Assembly: GCA_963843845.1 (NCBI GenBank)
Contig: CAWJMB010000003.1
Coordinates: 243,297 to 307,296 of the forward strand
Origin: an uncultured Gemmatimonadaceae bacterium
GTDB taxonomy: Bacteria; Gemmatimonadota; Gemmatimonadetes; Gemmatimonadales; Gemmatimonadaceae
Direction: 5' to 3'
DNA: 64,000 nucleotides
Shown: piece by piece, positions 42,210 through 53,987 of the stretch
How the letters are laid out: each line of letters starts with the position of its first letter
How positions within the stretch are numbered: position 1 is the first letter of the stretch
Notes under the pieces: model-generated
Database searches by the model: none
Told to the model about the DNA's origin: nothing
The model's input: only the letters and a program-made list of their open reading frames with translations
Position numbers and translations under genes: made by a program

Positions 42210-44967
42210 CGACCGCCTCCACGCGCCGGCGCGCCCGACGCGGCCTCAGGCGCTCCGTCGACGAGCCGCAGCAGCAGCTCCTGCGCGGGCGCGTACGTCG
42301 GCGCGCGCTCCAACGCGCGCAGCACCTCGCGCTTCGCCTGCGCCCGATCCCCCGCGTCGTACAGCGCCTGGGCGAGCTGATAGCGCGCGTCCGCGACGTC
42401 GACCGGGGCGAGCGCGAGCACGGCGCGCCGCTCGCGCACCGCCGCCGCTCGGTCGCCGAGCCGCGCGGCGTAGGTCGCGAGCGTGCCGTGCAGCGCCGCG
42501 TCGTACGGCGACACCCAGATCGCCTCCTCGAGCGCCTTCGCCGCCGCCGCCGTGTCGCCGAGCTGCGCCCGGAGCGCGGCGAGCTTGAGCTGCGCGTCGA
42601 GGTTCGCCGCGTTGCTGCCGCGTGAGCGCCGTCAGCTCGGCGGCCGCGCGCCGGAGATCGCCCTGCTTCTCGGCCAGCGCGGCCAGCATCGCGTACGCGT
42701 TCTCGTCGCCGAGCGCGAACGACGGGAACGACGCCTTCGCGCGCTCCAAGTACCGCGATCGCCGCACCGACCGAGTCGCCGAACGCGCTCGCCGAGTCGA
42801 GGCGGCGCTGTACGAGCCCTCCTCGCCGCCGCGCACCGCCGCGAACGCGTCGCCGAAACGCTGGCGTCACGTAGGCGTCGAAGCGTGTGTCGAGCGTCGC
42901 GAGATCGATCTTCCAGCGCGCGCTGGACCGCCGCCGGCGTGTCGAGCCCGTCTCGGTACGCCGCGAGCAGCGCCGTTCGATCGCGGCCGGCCCGAGATCG
43001 CGCTCGATCATCTCGCAGACGAGCGACGCGGCGTAATACGAGAAGATGACCTGCTGCGGGAACGCCGGCCGCACGAATCCGTCGTTGAGTCGACTCGGCG
43101 GCGGCACTCGGCCGGCGTCGTACGCCTGCAGGAACGCGGGCGTCGTCGGGTCGCCCCAGCCGGGCCGGGCGCGCCGCTCCTCGAGCGTCGACAGCCCCTC
43201 GGACAGCCAGCGCGGCACGCGGTCGTTCGTGACGCCTAACGTGAACGTGTGGGCCAGCTCGTGCCACGCCGTCGCGCCCCAGTGGAATGCGCCCTTGTCG
43301 CGCGCCGACGGGGCGTCCATCGCGAGCACCGGCCCGAAGCTGATGCCCAACGCGCCAAGGCCCGTGAGGCCGACCGAGCGCACCGAGAAGTCGGCGTGCG
43401 TGCGGTACAGCTCGAGGCGCACCGGCGGCGGCGCGTAGCCGTAGCGCGTCGACATCTCCCTCTACCCGCGCTCGAGCAGGTCGCCGAGGTAGAGCGAGAG
43501 CAGCGTCGACTTCGGTGCTGTCGGCGACGACCGCGAAGTGCGGCGTCCGCGTCGTGCAGGTAGCCGCGCGTCGCGTCGAGCAGGTCGAGCGTGTTCTTCG
43601 TCCACGGGTCGAACGGGTCGCCCTTGAACGCCACGTCGAGACTCGCCCGCGCCGAGTCGACGAGACCGAGCCGCAGCTGGTTGATGCCGCGGAGCGCGTG
43701 ACTGCGCCACGACGTCGGGTCGAGCGCGACGCCCTGCGCGCCGAAGCGCGCCGCCGCCGCGTACTGCCGGTGCCGCGCCGCGCGTTCGGCGAGCGTCGCG
43801 TAGAACTCCGCGTGCTTCGGGTCGCGGGCGAAGACGCGCGCGCGCGTCGCCGCCATCCCCGCGCTGTCGCCGCGCAGGTAGCGCACGGCGCCCAACAGCG
43901 AGAGCGCGTCCAGCGACGCCGAGTCGATGGCGAGCGCGCGGTCGATCGCCGCGGTCGCCGACGTCGTAGCGCTCGGCGTCGAGGTGTGCGGCGGCGATGA
44001 AGAGATGGCCGTCGACGAGGCGCGGGTTCGCGACCAGACTCGACTCGGCGATCGCGACGGCGCCGGGGCCGCCGTCGAAGTCGCGGATCCTCGCCATCCC
44101 CAGCAGCGCCTGCGCGTTGCGCGGGTTCGTCCGGAGCACCGCCTCGAACGACCGCCGCGCGTCGTCGCCGTTGTAGCGGTCGAGGAACAGCGCGCCGGCG
44201 CGCAGCTTCGGCTCGGCGTCCGCCGGGTTCTCGGCCGCGGCGCGGTCGTAGGCGGCGAGCGCCTGGCGGACGCGCTGCGGGTCGGTGCGCGCGAGGCCGC
44301 GGTGCGCGTCGCCGACGGCGAGCCACTGCGCCTCGTTCAGACGGTTGCCTTCTTCCTGCGCCGCGACGACGCGCCGGTACTGCACGCGCGCGCCGTCGCG
44401 GTCTCCGCTCTCGTCGAGCAGGCGCCCGAGCGCGGCGCGCGCGGTGAGCGAGTCGGGCACGCGCGCGGCGATCGCCTGCTCGAATGTCTGCCGGGCCTCG
44501 TCGACACGACCACGCCGGGCGAGCACGGTGCCGAACGTCGTCAGCGTCGACGGGCGCAGCGTGGGGTCGGCCGACCACTGCCGCGCCATCCGCTCCGCCT
44601 CGGCGTCGCGCCCGGCGTCGACGAGGGTGAGCAGCAGCGTCGCCTGCACCGACCGCCCGGCCCGGGCGGCGCGCGCCTCGGACGCCGTGTCGCGCGGCTG
44701 CGCGCCGAGCGGTAGCTGCGCCCCGAGCGACGTGCCGAAGCCGACGACCAGGAGCCCGGTCGCCCCCGCCGTCATCCCGCGCGCCCGCACCGCCAGCCCG
44801 CGCGCCCGCACCGTCAGTCCGAGCGAGCGGAGCGAGTCGAGGAATCGCGCCGTGCCGCGCGGCTCGGGTCGATGGCGCAGCGCGATTCCTCGCGGACGCT
44901 CGGCATGACGGCAGAGCGGCTCGGCATGACGGCAGAGCGGCTCGGCATGACGCGTCGAGGGGGTCAC
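42206..44967 (-). CDS. TPR-repeat protein with gluzincin-like (peptidase MA) domain; several frame changes
   Basis: Many TPR-like helices, [17 protein letters not shown] (HExxH), [17 protein letters not shown]-terminal TPR ([16 protein letters not shown]). GTG start overlaps the upstream stop. Confidence 0.82.
44769..44952. repeat. Palindromic REP-like element with 21-bp tandem arms, in frame in the 5' end of the TPR gene
   Basis: Inner 13-bp perfect stem CGAGGAATCGCGC (44838) / GCGCGATTCCTCG (44880). Outer CCGTCAGTCCGAGCG / CGCTCGGCATGACGG. 21-bp repeats on both sides. Confidence 0.8.
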
Positions 44968-45947
44968 GGCCGCGCCTCCACACTCATGCCGCGGATCGCG
45001 TGCGCCGTACGCGCGAGGTCGATCAGCACCGTCTCCATCTGCTGCCAGTAGGCGGCCGAGTCGACGGCGGCGCGGCGGCGGCGCAGGTCGGCCACCTGCA
45101 GCTCGAGCGCGCGTCGCTTCGCCACGAGCGGTCCGAGTCGCGCGTCGGCCGACGCGGGGACGCCGCCCAGCACGAGCGCGGCGGCGAGGCGCCCGTCGGC
45201 CGCGTCGATCGACGGCGCGGCGCTCGCCTTGCCATCGCCATCGTCCTCGAGCTGCGCGTGCTCGGTGAGCAGCCGGTTCTCCGTCTCGTACGACCGCGCG
45301 GTCTCGCGCTGCGCGTAGGTGAACGCCTCGAGCAGCGACACGCCGCCGTCCTTGTCGAGATCCGCGTTCGGCGTCGCGAGCGCGGCGGCGAAGAAGCGCC
45401 CGAAGCGCGTCGCGTTGCGCTCGCTCGGCGACGCGGTGGCGGTGACGATGGCGCGGTTCGGGCCGGCGAGGGCGCGCGCGAAGTCGGCGCTCGCGCTCGC
45501 CGTGTTGACGATGGCGATCGGCCGGGTGCCTAACGACGCGACGAGCCGCGCGTAGTCGGCCGCCGTGAGGTCGGGGCCGGGAAGATTGAAGCGCGCCGCC
45601 GCTCCCTCCGCGCTGCCGTGGCCGAGGAGCACGATCCAGACGGGATCCTGCGCGCCCGCGCGCGCCGCGATCACCCCGAACGCCCGCTCGACGTTCTCGC
45701 GCGTCGACCGCCCCGCGATGCGACGCGAGCGCGTCGAGTCCTCGGCGAGCCAGGTGACGTCGGCGTCGCGCATGGCGAAGCGCGCGCGCGCCGCGCTGTC
45801 GATCGCCGCGGCGGCGGCGTGGAACGCCTGCGCGTACGCCGGCTCGCCGCTCGCCCCGACGATGACGAGCAGCTGCGGGCGCCCCTGCGCCGCGGCCGCG
45901 GAGGTGCCTAACGTCGGCGCGGCGAGGAGGTGACGGAGAACGCTCAC
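44964..45947 (-). CDS. Secreted caspase/legumain-fold-like hypothetical protein
   Basis: LLVIVGASG, VWIVLLGHGS, FNLPGPDL, IVNTASAS, IVTATA, ADLDKDGGVSLLEAF. GTG start overlaps the upstream stop. Confidence 0.65.
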   Translation of the reverse strand: MSVLRHLLAAPTLGTSAAAAQGRPQLLVIVGASGEPAYAQAFHAAAAAIDSAARARFAMRDADVTWLAEDSTRSRRIAGRSTRENVERAFGVIAARAGAQDPVWIVLLGHGSAEGAAARFNLPGPDLTAADYARLVASLGTRPIAIVNTASASADFARALAGPNRAIVTATASPSERNATRFGRFFAAALATPNADLDKDGGVSLLEAFTYAQRETARSYETENRLLTEHAQLEDDGDGKASAAPSIDAADGRLAAALVLGGVPASADARLGPLVAKRRALELQVADLRRRRAAVDSAAYWQQMETVLIDLARTAHAIRGMSVEARP

Positions 45948-48365
45948 GCCAGCCCCGCCCGCCGCCGCAGCGCCCACTCCGCCGCGAGCAGCCCGCCGAT
46001 CAGCAGATACGTGACCGGCATGTCCCACAGATCCTTGCGCTCCGTCACCGTCACCCCGCCGCGCGCGTAGCGCAGGTCCTCGGGGAGGGTGGAGACGGTG
46101 GCCGGCGTGTAGAAGCGGCCGCCCGTCTGCCGCGCGAGCTGCTCGAGCAGCGGCCGCCGCATCGCCGACGCGAAGTACTCCTCGCGCGACCGCGCCGCCT
46201 CGACGCGCACCGTCGTCGTGTCGGCCGACGCATCCGGCGCAGCTCCGTTCGGGGCAGCCGGGGCGGCTCCGGTCGGCACCCCGCCCCGCACGACGTTCAC
46301 CTCGTACGTCCCTTCCTCGTCGGGCACGAACGTGCCCGCGGTACTCGCCGTCGCCGCTCACGCTCCACTGCAGCGGCACGTCGCGCGCCGCGCCGGTCGG
46401 CGACGTCACGCGCGCGACGACCGACGCGCCGTTCGTCGCGACGAAGTGCGAGTCGCGCACCGTCGCCCGCAGCTCGACCGGGTCGCCCGGCGCCGGCCGC
46501 TCGTTCGACGTCGCGACCTCGACGCGCCCCGGCACATCGGTCGTCAGCCAGCGAAGCATCTGCCGCCAGAGCAGCTCGTGCGTCATGTCCTCGAGCGGGA
46601 TGCTCGCGTCCATCTGCCACGTCCAGGTGTCCTGCACCGGGAACGCGACGACCTTGCCGCGCCCGTAGCGCTGGTACGCGAGCACGACGCGCGAGTCGGT
46701 CGGGGCGCCGCGCCGCGTCGAGTCGCGCGCGTCGCGCGCGCTCCCGTCGAGCAGCACGGTCGCGCCGGGCCGCACGCGGCGGGCGACGTTCACCGCGGTC
46801 AGCGGCGGGAGCGTGCGCCACCGCTCGAGCGACGCGCGCTCGTCGGCCGCCAGCTGCAACGGGAGGTGCGCGATCCCCGCCGGCGTGAGTCGCACCCCGA
46901 CCGCCGGCGCCGCGACGTCGCCGGCTTCGAGGCCCGGCGCCTGGTTGCGCTCGAGCACGACCGGGATCGCCTCCTCGAGCGCCGTGCCCGCGTAGCCGCC
47001 CTCGGCGAGCGCGTGACGGCCGCCCAGCAGCACGAGACTGCCGCCGCGCACGCGCACGAAGTCGGCGATCATGCGCAGCTGCTCCGCCGTGAAGGCGCTC
47101 GCCTCGATGCTGCCGAGGATCAGCGCGTCGTAGCGGAAGAGCACCGAGCGGCTCGTCGGGAAGCCGCCCAACAGATCGAGGCTGTCCTCGACCCCGAGTC
47201 GCAGGTACTTGCCGAGCGCGGTGCGCTGGAGGAGCGCGACGCGGAGCGCCTTGTCGTCGGCGACCGCGCGGCGGAGGAACTTCGCCTCGAAGCGCGGCTC
47301 CCCCTCGAAGTACAGCACGCGCCGCACGCCGCCCCGCACGTCGATCGTCAGCGCGCGGCTGTTGTTCTCGACCACGCGCTCGCCCGGCTGCGCCGGCACG
47401 CGCACCGTGAGCGCGCGAAGTCCCGCGTCGGGGAGCGACACCGGGATGCGCACGGCGAGCGTCCCCTCGCGCGCCGCGACCGTCTGCGCGCCCGCGAGCG
47501 GCACCATCTTGCGCGCCAGAATGCGCCCGTTCTCCTCGACCAGCACCGGCAGCGAGTCGCCGGCGCCGACGTCGCGCGCCGCGATCGCGACGTCGACGGC
47601 GACCGTCGAGCCGGCGAGCGCCACGCCGGGCGCCGACGCGGAGCGGACCTCGACGTCCTGCCTAACGGTTTCCGTTCCGACGCCGACGGTGAACACCGGC
47701 GTGCCGCGGGCGCGCATCGCCGTCGCGGCGTCGGCGAGCGCCGCGGGCGCGCCGTCCGCGCCGTCGCTGACGACGACGACGCCGGCGAGGGGAACCCCGT
47801 CGAGTTCCTCGCGCACCCCGTCGAGCGCCGCGCCGAGCCGCGTGCGATCCCCCGCCGCCGCGAGCGCGCTCAGCGAGTCGGCGCGCGCGAGGACGTCGGA
47901 GAAGCGGTAGAGGCGCACCGTGAACTGGTCGCTCAGCGCTCGCTGCAGCGGCGCGCCGGGCGCGAACGCGGCGCGCGCGAAGTCGGCGCGCACGCGCCCC
48001 GCCGCTCCCGTGGTCCCCGCGTCGTCCCAGTCGGCGACGCGCATGCTGCGCGAGTCGTCGACGAGCACGACGACCGTGTTGCGGCGCGGCACCGCGGCGT
48101 CGAGCACGAGCACCGGCCGCATGAGGCAGACGATGACGAGCGCGACGGCGACGGCGCGGAGCGCGGCGAGCAGCGGACGACGGGCCGGCGCTCCGGGCGC
48201 CGCGGTGCGCGGTGGGGCGCGATACGTCCACAGCACGAGTCCCACGACGACGAGCGCCAGCGCGGCGAGACCCCAGAGCACGGCCGGGCGCTGATCGAAC
48301 GCGAGACGCCCCTGCGCCAGGAGCGCGGGGCGGTACTTCAGCAACAGCTCGAGCCCCGTGTCCAA
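45944..48365 (-). CDS. Membrane protein with vWA-like and class-I glutamine-amidotransferase-like domains; frame change near 46335
   Basis: VLVDDSRSM, VVVVSDG, ENNSR, RVLYFEGEPRFEAKFLRRA, DFVRVRGGSLVLLGG, YGRGKV, C-terminal LWDMP...EWALRRRAGLA. Confidence 0.8.
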
Positions 48366-48538
48366 GATGATGCGCGTCGACGAAATCTACGTGGCGGTCG
48401 GGAGAGTCCTACATAAGACGTAGCCGGCGGACCAGACGTTGCCTACGGGATCACACGAGTTCTCGCCGGGACGTGCCGTTCGGGAACCGTACCCGCCTCG
48501 GTCGGGTTCACAACGGTCTACCTATTCAGCCGCTCGCC

Positions 48539-49877
48539 ATGACTGCCGTCGACCTCGGCGCCATTCTCGATACGACCGCCAGCCTCCGTCCGACACCCGC
48601 CGCGCCGCCGACGCTCGGCGCGCGCTACCGCGCCGTCCGCGCGGCCACGGAAGGGCTGTGCGCGCCGCTCGTCGTCGAAGACTACGTCGTCAGCTCGATG
48701 CCCGACGTGAGCCCGACGAAGTGGCACCTCGCGCACACGAGCTGGTTCTTCGAGACGTTCGTGCTCGCGCCGTACGACGCCGGCGTACCGGTCGCCGAAC
48801 CCGCGCTACGCGTTCCTGTTCAACTCGTACTACGTGCAGGCCGGCGAGCGGCACTGCCGCGCGCAGCGCGGGCTCGTCACGCGTCCGACGGTCGAGCAGG
48901 TGTTCGCGTACCGCGCTCACGTCGACGACGGCGATGCGGTCGCCTGCTGGACGCGATCGGAGACGACCGCGAGCATCCGGCGTGCGACGTCGATCGAGCT
49001 CGGGCTGCACCACGAGCAGCAGCACCAGGAGCTGCTCGTGACCGACATCAAGCACGTCTTCTGGACGAACCCGATGCGCCCCGTCTACGCGCCGCGCGCC
49101 GCTCGACCGTGGCCAGCGCGTCGCCGCTCGCCTGGGTCGCGCGTTCCCGAAGGCGTCTACGAGATCGGCCACGAGGGCGCCGGGCTTCGCCTTCGACAAC
49201 GAGAGCCCGCGCCACCGCGTGTTCGTCGACGCGTTCCGGCTCGCGTCGCGCCTCGTGACCAACGCGCGAGTGGCTCGCGTTCATCGAGGCCGGCGGGTAC
49301 CGCAAGCCCGAGCTGTGGCTCTCGAACGGGTGGGCGACCGTGCAGGCGCACCGCTGGGACGCGCCGCTCTACTGGGAGACAGACGCCTGACGGGTGGACC
49401 GAGTTCACGCTCGCCGGCCAGCACGCGGTCGAGCCCGCCGCGCCGGTGTGCCACGTCAGCTACTACGAGGCCGACGCGTTCGCGCGGTGGGCCGGCGCTC
49501 GTCTGCCGACCGAGCCGGAGTGGGAGATCGCGGCGCGCGACGAACCGTCAGGCGGCCTGTTCGGCGGCACGTTCGTCGAGTCGCGCCGCTTTCACCCGGC
49601 CCCTGCGGACGCCGAGTCGGCCGCGGCGGGCGAGCTGGCGCAGCTGTACGGCGACGTGTGGCAGTGGACCGCCTCCGCCTACACGGCGTACCCCGGCTTC
49701 ACCCCCGCCGCCGGCGCGGTCGGCGAGTACAACGGCAAGTTCATGGCCGACCAGTGGGTGCTGCGCGGCGCGTCGTGTGCGACGCCGCGGTCGCACGCGC
49801 GGCTCACGTACCGCAACTTCTTCCCGTCCGACGCGCGCTGGCAGTTCACCGGCCTTCGTCTCGCCGCGCGCGGCTGA
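48539..49877 (+). CDS. egtB: Ergothioneine biosynthesis sulfoxide synthase; frame changes
   Basis: SMPDVSPTKWHLAHTSWFFETF, FNSYY, LGLHHEQQHQELL, FDNE, HVSYYEADAFARW, GEYNGKFM, VLRGASCATP, YRNFF. Confidence 0.93.
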
Positions 49878-49915
49878 GCGCGCGGCCTTCGTTCTCCGCA
49901 CGTCGACCACCGTCC

Positions 49916-50908
<993 letters not shown>

Positions 50909-50948
50909 ACGCGTAACGAGGCCGACACAGCGCACAGCACCGCCGTAT

Positions 50949-51087
50949 CTCGTCCGCCCTGAGTCAAACCGTATCACCGCCGTTCAGCCGTCGTTCGACC
51001 GCGGTTCGACCGCGGTTCAACCGCGGTTCAACCGCGGTGACACTGCGGAGAGAGGGCGGTGATACGGGTTGACTCACGGCGGACGAG
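50949..51087. repeat. 33-bp inverted repeat (31/33) enclosing four 11-bp tandem units
   Basis: CTCGTCCGCCCTGAGTCAAACCGTATCACCGCC / GGCGGTGATACGGGTTGACTCACGGCGGACGAG, with (GTTCRACCGCG)x4 at 50993..51036. Confidence 0.85.
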
Positions 51088-51126
51088 GTGGGGCGGAACG
51101 AGCGTGACTTGCGGCGCTGGCGCGGC

Positions 51127-51474
51127 TCAGCTGATCACGCGCCCGACCCCGTACGCCACGACGCCGAGCGCGAGCCCGATCGCCCCCGCGGTGCCTAACA
51201 CGACCGCCACGGCGCGCACCCCGCGCGTCCCCGCCCACCTGCCGCCCTCGCGCAGCGCCCGGTCGGCGAGCCCCCACGCCCCGAACGCGACGAAGCAGGC
51301 CCCCGCACACACCGGGAGCGGCCACCAGCTCGGCCGCCACGCGAGCGCGGCCGCGATGGCGAGCGCGCCGCCGAGGACATCGAGCGAGAGGCGCCGCTGC
51401 GAGGCGCCGCGGGCGCGCGCCGCGAGCAGCTCAGGGAGCGTCGGCTCCGGCGTGTACGGCGTGTCAGTCGTCAT
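51127..51474 (-). CDS. Small membrane protein
   Basis: 115 aa with three hydrophobic segments. Confidence 0.6.
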   Translation of the reverse strand: MTTDTPYTPEPTLPELLAARARGASQRRLSLDVLGGALAIAAALAWRPSWWPLPVCAGACFVAFGAWGLADRALREGGRWAGTRGVRAVAVVLGTAGAIGLALGVVAYGVGRVIS

Positions 51475-51527
51475 CGCAGCTCACCGCGTGCTGGCCCGCC
51501 CGTCCAACTCGACGAACCGCGCCGGCG

Positions 51528-51818
51528 TCACCCGGACGGGGGCGGCGTGACGTGCGGACCGCGCCGCGCGACTCGCTCGTAGACGCGCGCCGCGATCGGG
51601 GTCAGCACGAGCGTCGCGCCGATGCGGAGCGGCTGCGTGAGCTTCGTCGCGATGTATGCGGCCGTGAACGCGCCGACGCTACCGCCCGCGCTCGTCGGCC
51701 GCCAGCCGAAGCGGATCGCCGCCCAGAAGCCGCCGAGGACGGCGAAGAAGATCGCGAAGTAGATGACGACGGCGACGGCGCCGTACTCGGTCAGGAGAGT
51801 CTGGATCGTTTTGCGCAT
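51528..51818 (-). CDS. Small membrane protein, DUF1279/FAM210-like
   Basis: EYGAVAVVIYFAI...AYIATKLTQPLRIGATLVLTP. Confidence 0.7.
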   Translation of the reverse strand: MRKTIQTLLTEYGAVAVVIYFAIFFAVLGGFWAAIRFGWRPTSAGGSVGAFTAAYIATKLTQPLRIGATLVLTPIAARVYERVARRGPHVTPPPSG

Positions 51819-51891
51819 CGCCGCGAAGCTACAGCGTCGACGCCTCGACGGGTACGCGTCGCCGTCGCCGACCCGGTCGGCAGCGAACGGC

Positions 51892-51931
51892 GAACGGGCC
51901 GGGATCTCCGCGTGGAGATCCCGGCCCGTTC
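51892..51931. terminator. 18-bp perfect hairpin downstream of the cold-shock gene
   Basis: GAACGGGCCGGGATCTCC-GCGT-GGAGATCCCGGCCCGTTC. No clear U-tract. Confidence 0.6.
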
Positions 51932-51953
51932 CCGTCAGGCGCCGAACGACGGG

Positions 51954-52483
51954 CTAGTACTCGTCGTCGTCGGTCCGACCGGTGCCACCGCCGCGGTTGC
52001 CCCAATCATCGCCGCCACGACCGCCGCCGCTGTCACGACCGCCGCTGTCGCGACCAGCGCCACCGGCGCCGCCGCCGCGTCCGCCGCGGTCACCGCCGCG
52101 GCCACCAGCGCCGCCGCCGTAGCCGCCACCGCCGCCGCCACCCCGTACCCGCCACCGCTGCCGCCGCCGTAGCCGCCACGCCCGCCGCGGCCACCGCCGC
52201 CGCCGCCGTAGCCGCCACCGCCCCCACCACTGCCGCCGCTCCCGCCGGTGCTCCCGCCTTCGCCGCCCGAGCCGCCGCCCAGCCGCGTGACGTTCTCAGC
52301 CTGCGGTCCCTTCTGTCCCTGCCCGACTTCGAACTCCACCCGCTCCCCTTCGTCGAGCGACTTGAAGCCGCCGCCTTGGATCGCCGAGAAGTGCACGAAG
52401 CAGTCCTTCCCGCCGCCGTCCGGCGCGATGAATCCAAAACCCTTTTCTGCGTTGAACCACTTCACTGTTCCGGTCGTGCGCAT
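51954..52483 (-). CDS. Cold-shock domain protein with long Gly/Arg-rich tail; frame change(s) in the tail
   Basis: [19 protein letters not shown]...[10 protein letters not shown]...[10 protein letters not shown], then [15 protein letters not shown]. An alternative frame continues [18 protein letters not shown]...RTDDDEY to the TAG at 51954. Confidence 0.9.
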
Positions 52484-52746
52484 CGTGCCTCTCCCATGCG
52501 AAGGCGGTTGTGCTTCCCTCGGCGGCGGGGCGTCCCGGGGTTCGGCCGGGCAACGTCTCGCTTGCCCCCCGCGCCAACGCGGCGACGGTCGAGAATGGGG
52601 CGTCTGACAGTGTGACGCAGCTTGTGCTCCACGCTGCCGGCTCGGCTATACGCATGGAGAAGGCCGCTGCATCAGGTGAACGGTGATCTATGCTGCTTTC
52701 GCTGTTCGTGCTGGGCTCCAATTAACACGGGACGGCACCCTGTCCA

Positions 52747-53877
52747 CTACCCGCGCGACGCAGACCCGCGCTTTTCGACGCGCGTCACGCCCCGCGTCAC
52801 GCCCCGCGTCACGCCCCGCGTCACGACCCGCGTCACGACCCGCGTCACGCCCCGCGTCACGACCCGCGTCACACCGGCCCCGCGCATCCGCTCTCCGTCG
52901 GCCAGCGCGGTGACGACGTCGGCGACCGCGTCGAGCCGCACGTCGCCCGCGGCGTCACGCCGCCGCACGAGTCGCACGTCCCGCCCCGGTGCGCGCCCCG
53001 CGAACGGCCGCACGAACGCACGCTCGGCGTCGCGCGGGAGGTCGGCGGCGGCGAGCGCGGGGAGCAGCGTCATGCCGTGACACCGCTCGACGAGCCGGCG
53101 AAGTGTGTCGAGCGTGCCGCTCTCGAGCCGCGCGCCGACCGCGCGCGAGGTGGCGGGCGGGCTCGACGCGCCGTCGCGCGCCGGCGCCTGCCGCCGCGCC
53201 CGCGCGCCACGTTCGTCGCGACGCCGGCAGAGCGAGACCGCCTGCGCACGCAGGCAGTGGCCGTCGGCGAGCAGCCAGAGGTCATCGAGCGCGAGGTCGG
53301 CGGCGGTGACGCACGTCGCCGCGGCGAGGCGGTGCGTCGCGTTCACGTAGGCGACGAACGGCTCGTGAAAGAGCGGCCGTTCGGCGAGCGCCGGGGCGCC
53401 GGCGGGCGAGGCGACGAGCGCCCCGTCGAGCGCGCCCTGCTCGACGCGGCGCAGCAGCTCCTCCGTGATGCGCTCCTCGACGACGAGCGCGAGCTGCGGG
53501 TGACGCGCCGCGAGCTCGAGGAGGAGATCGGGGAGCAGGTGCGGCGCCAGCGTCGGGATGATGCCGAGCCGCACCTCGCCGGCGAGCGTGCGCGACTCGG
53601 CCGCGACGGCGAGCTGGGCGGCCTCCTCGAGCACGATGCGGGCGCGCGCGACGACGGAGTGCCCGAGGGCGGTCGCGAGCACCGGCGTGCGGCTCCGGTC
53701 GAACAGCGGCCCGCCGAGCGTGCGCTCGAGCTTCCGCAGTTGCATCGAGAGCGTCGGCTGCGCGACGTGGCAGGCGGCGGCGGCGGCGCCGAAGTGTCGG
53801 TGCGTGTCGACAGCGACGGCGTACGCGAGTTGCGTCAGTGTCACGCCGCCGAGTCGGGCGAGGAAGGAATCGGCCAT
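52747..53877 (-). CDS. oxyR: OxyR-like LysR-family peroxide sensor
   Basis: [47 protein letters not shown], redox motif [13 protein letters not shown]. Divergent from catalase. Confidence 0.88.
   Translation of the reverse strand: MADSFLARLGGVTLTQLAYAVAVDTHRHFGAAAAACHVAQPTLSMQLRKLERTLGGPLFDRSRTPVLATALGHSVVARARIVLEEAAQLAVAAESRTLAGEVRLGIIPTLAPHLLPDLLLELAARHPQLALVVEERITEELLRRVEQGALDGALVASPAGAPALAERPLFHEPFVAYVNATHRLAAATCVTAADLALDDLWLLADGHCLRAQAVSLCRRRDERGARARRQAPARDGASSPPATSRAVGARLESGTLDTLRRLVERCHGMTLLPALAAADLPRDAERAFVRPFAGRAPGRDVRLVRRRDAAGDVRLDAVADVVTALADGERMRGAGVTRVVTRGVTRVVTRVVTRGVTRGVTRGVTRVEKRGSASRG
52781..52872. repeat. Tandem repeat (CGCGTCACG[C/A]CC) x7.7 in the oxyR 3' end
   Basis: Read directly. 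Encodes (VTRG/VTRV)n. Confidence 0.9.
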
Positions 53878-53885
53878 CCCCGATG

Positions 53886-53921
53886 GTAGATGCTCGCTAT
53901 CGCGCGATCAACACGTTCGAT
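53886..53921. promoter_or_regulatory. Putative OxyR binding site in the oxyR-catalase divergent gap
   Basis: GTAG-N7-CTAT-N6-ATCA-N7-CGAT resembles the ATAG-N7-CTAT repeated consensus. Confidence 0.55.
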
Positions 53922-53987
53922 TTTCTCGATCGCCGTCCGCAGGTTACCCTGCGCTCATCACGACACGGCTCACCGATGGAGGGAGCG

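Noticed and set aside
38727..42380. 1217-aa plus-strand ORF as one gene
   Set aside because: It is a shadow of DUF58/moxR/DUF4159. Only the 39984..40291 portion is a recognisable protein.
44964..48365. 1133-aa fusion protein in the ORF track
   Set aside because: A frame change near 46335 joins two genes. The upstream gene's true C-terminus is in ORF 45944..46327.
50972..50981. TATCACCGCC resembling a lambda operator half-site
   Set aside because: A short chance match inside a larger inverted repeat, with no phage genes.
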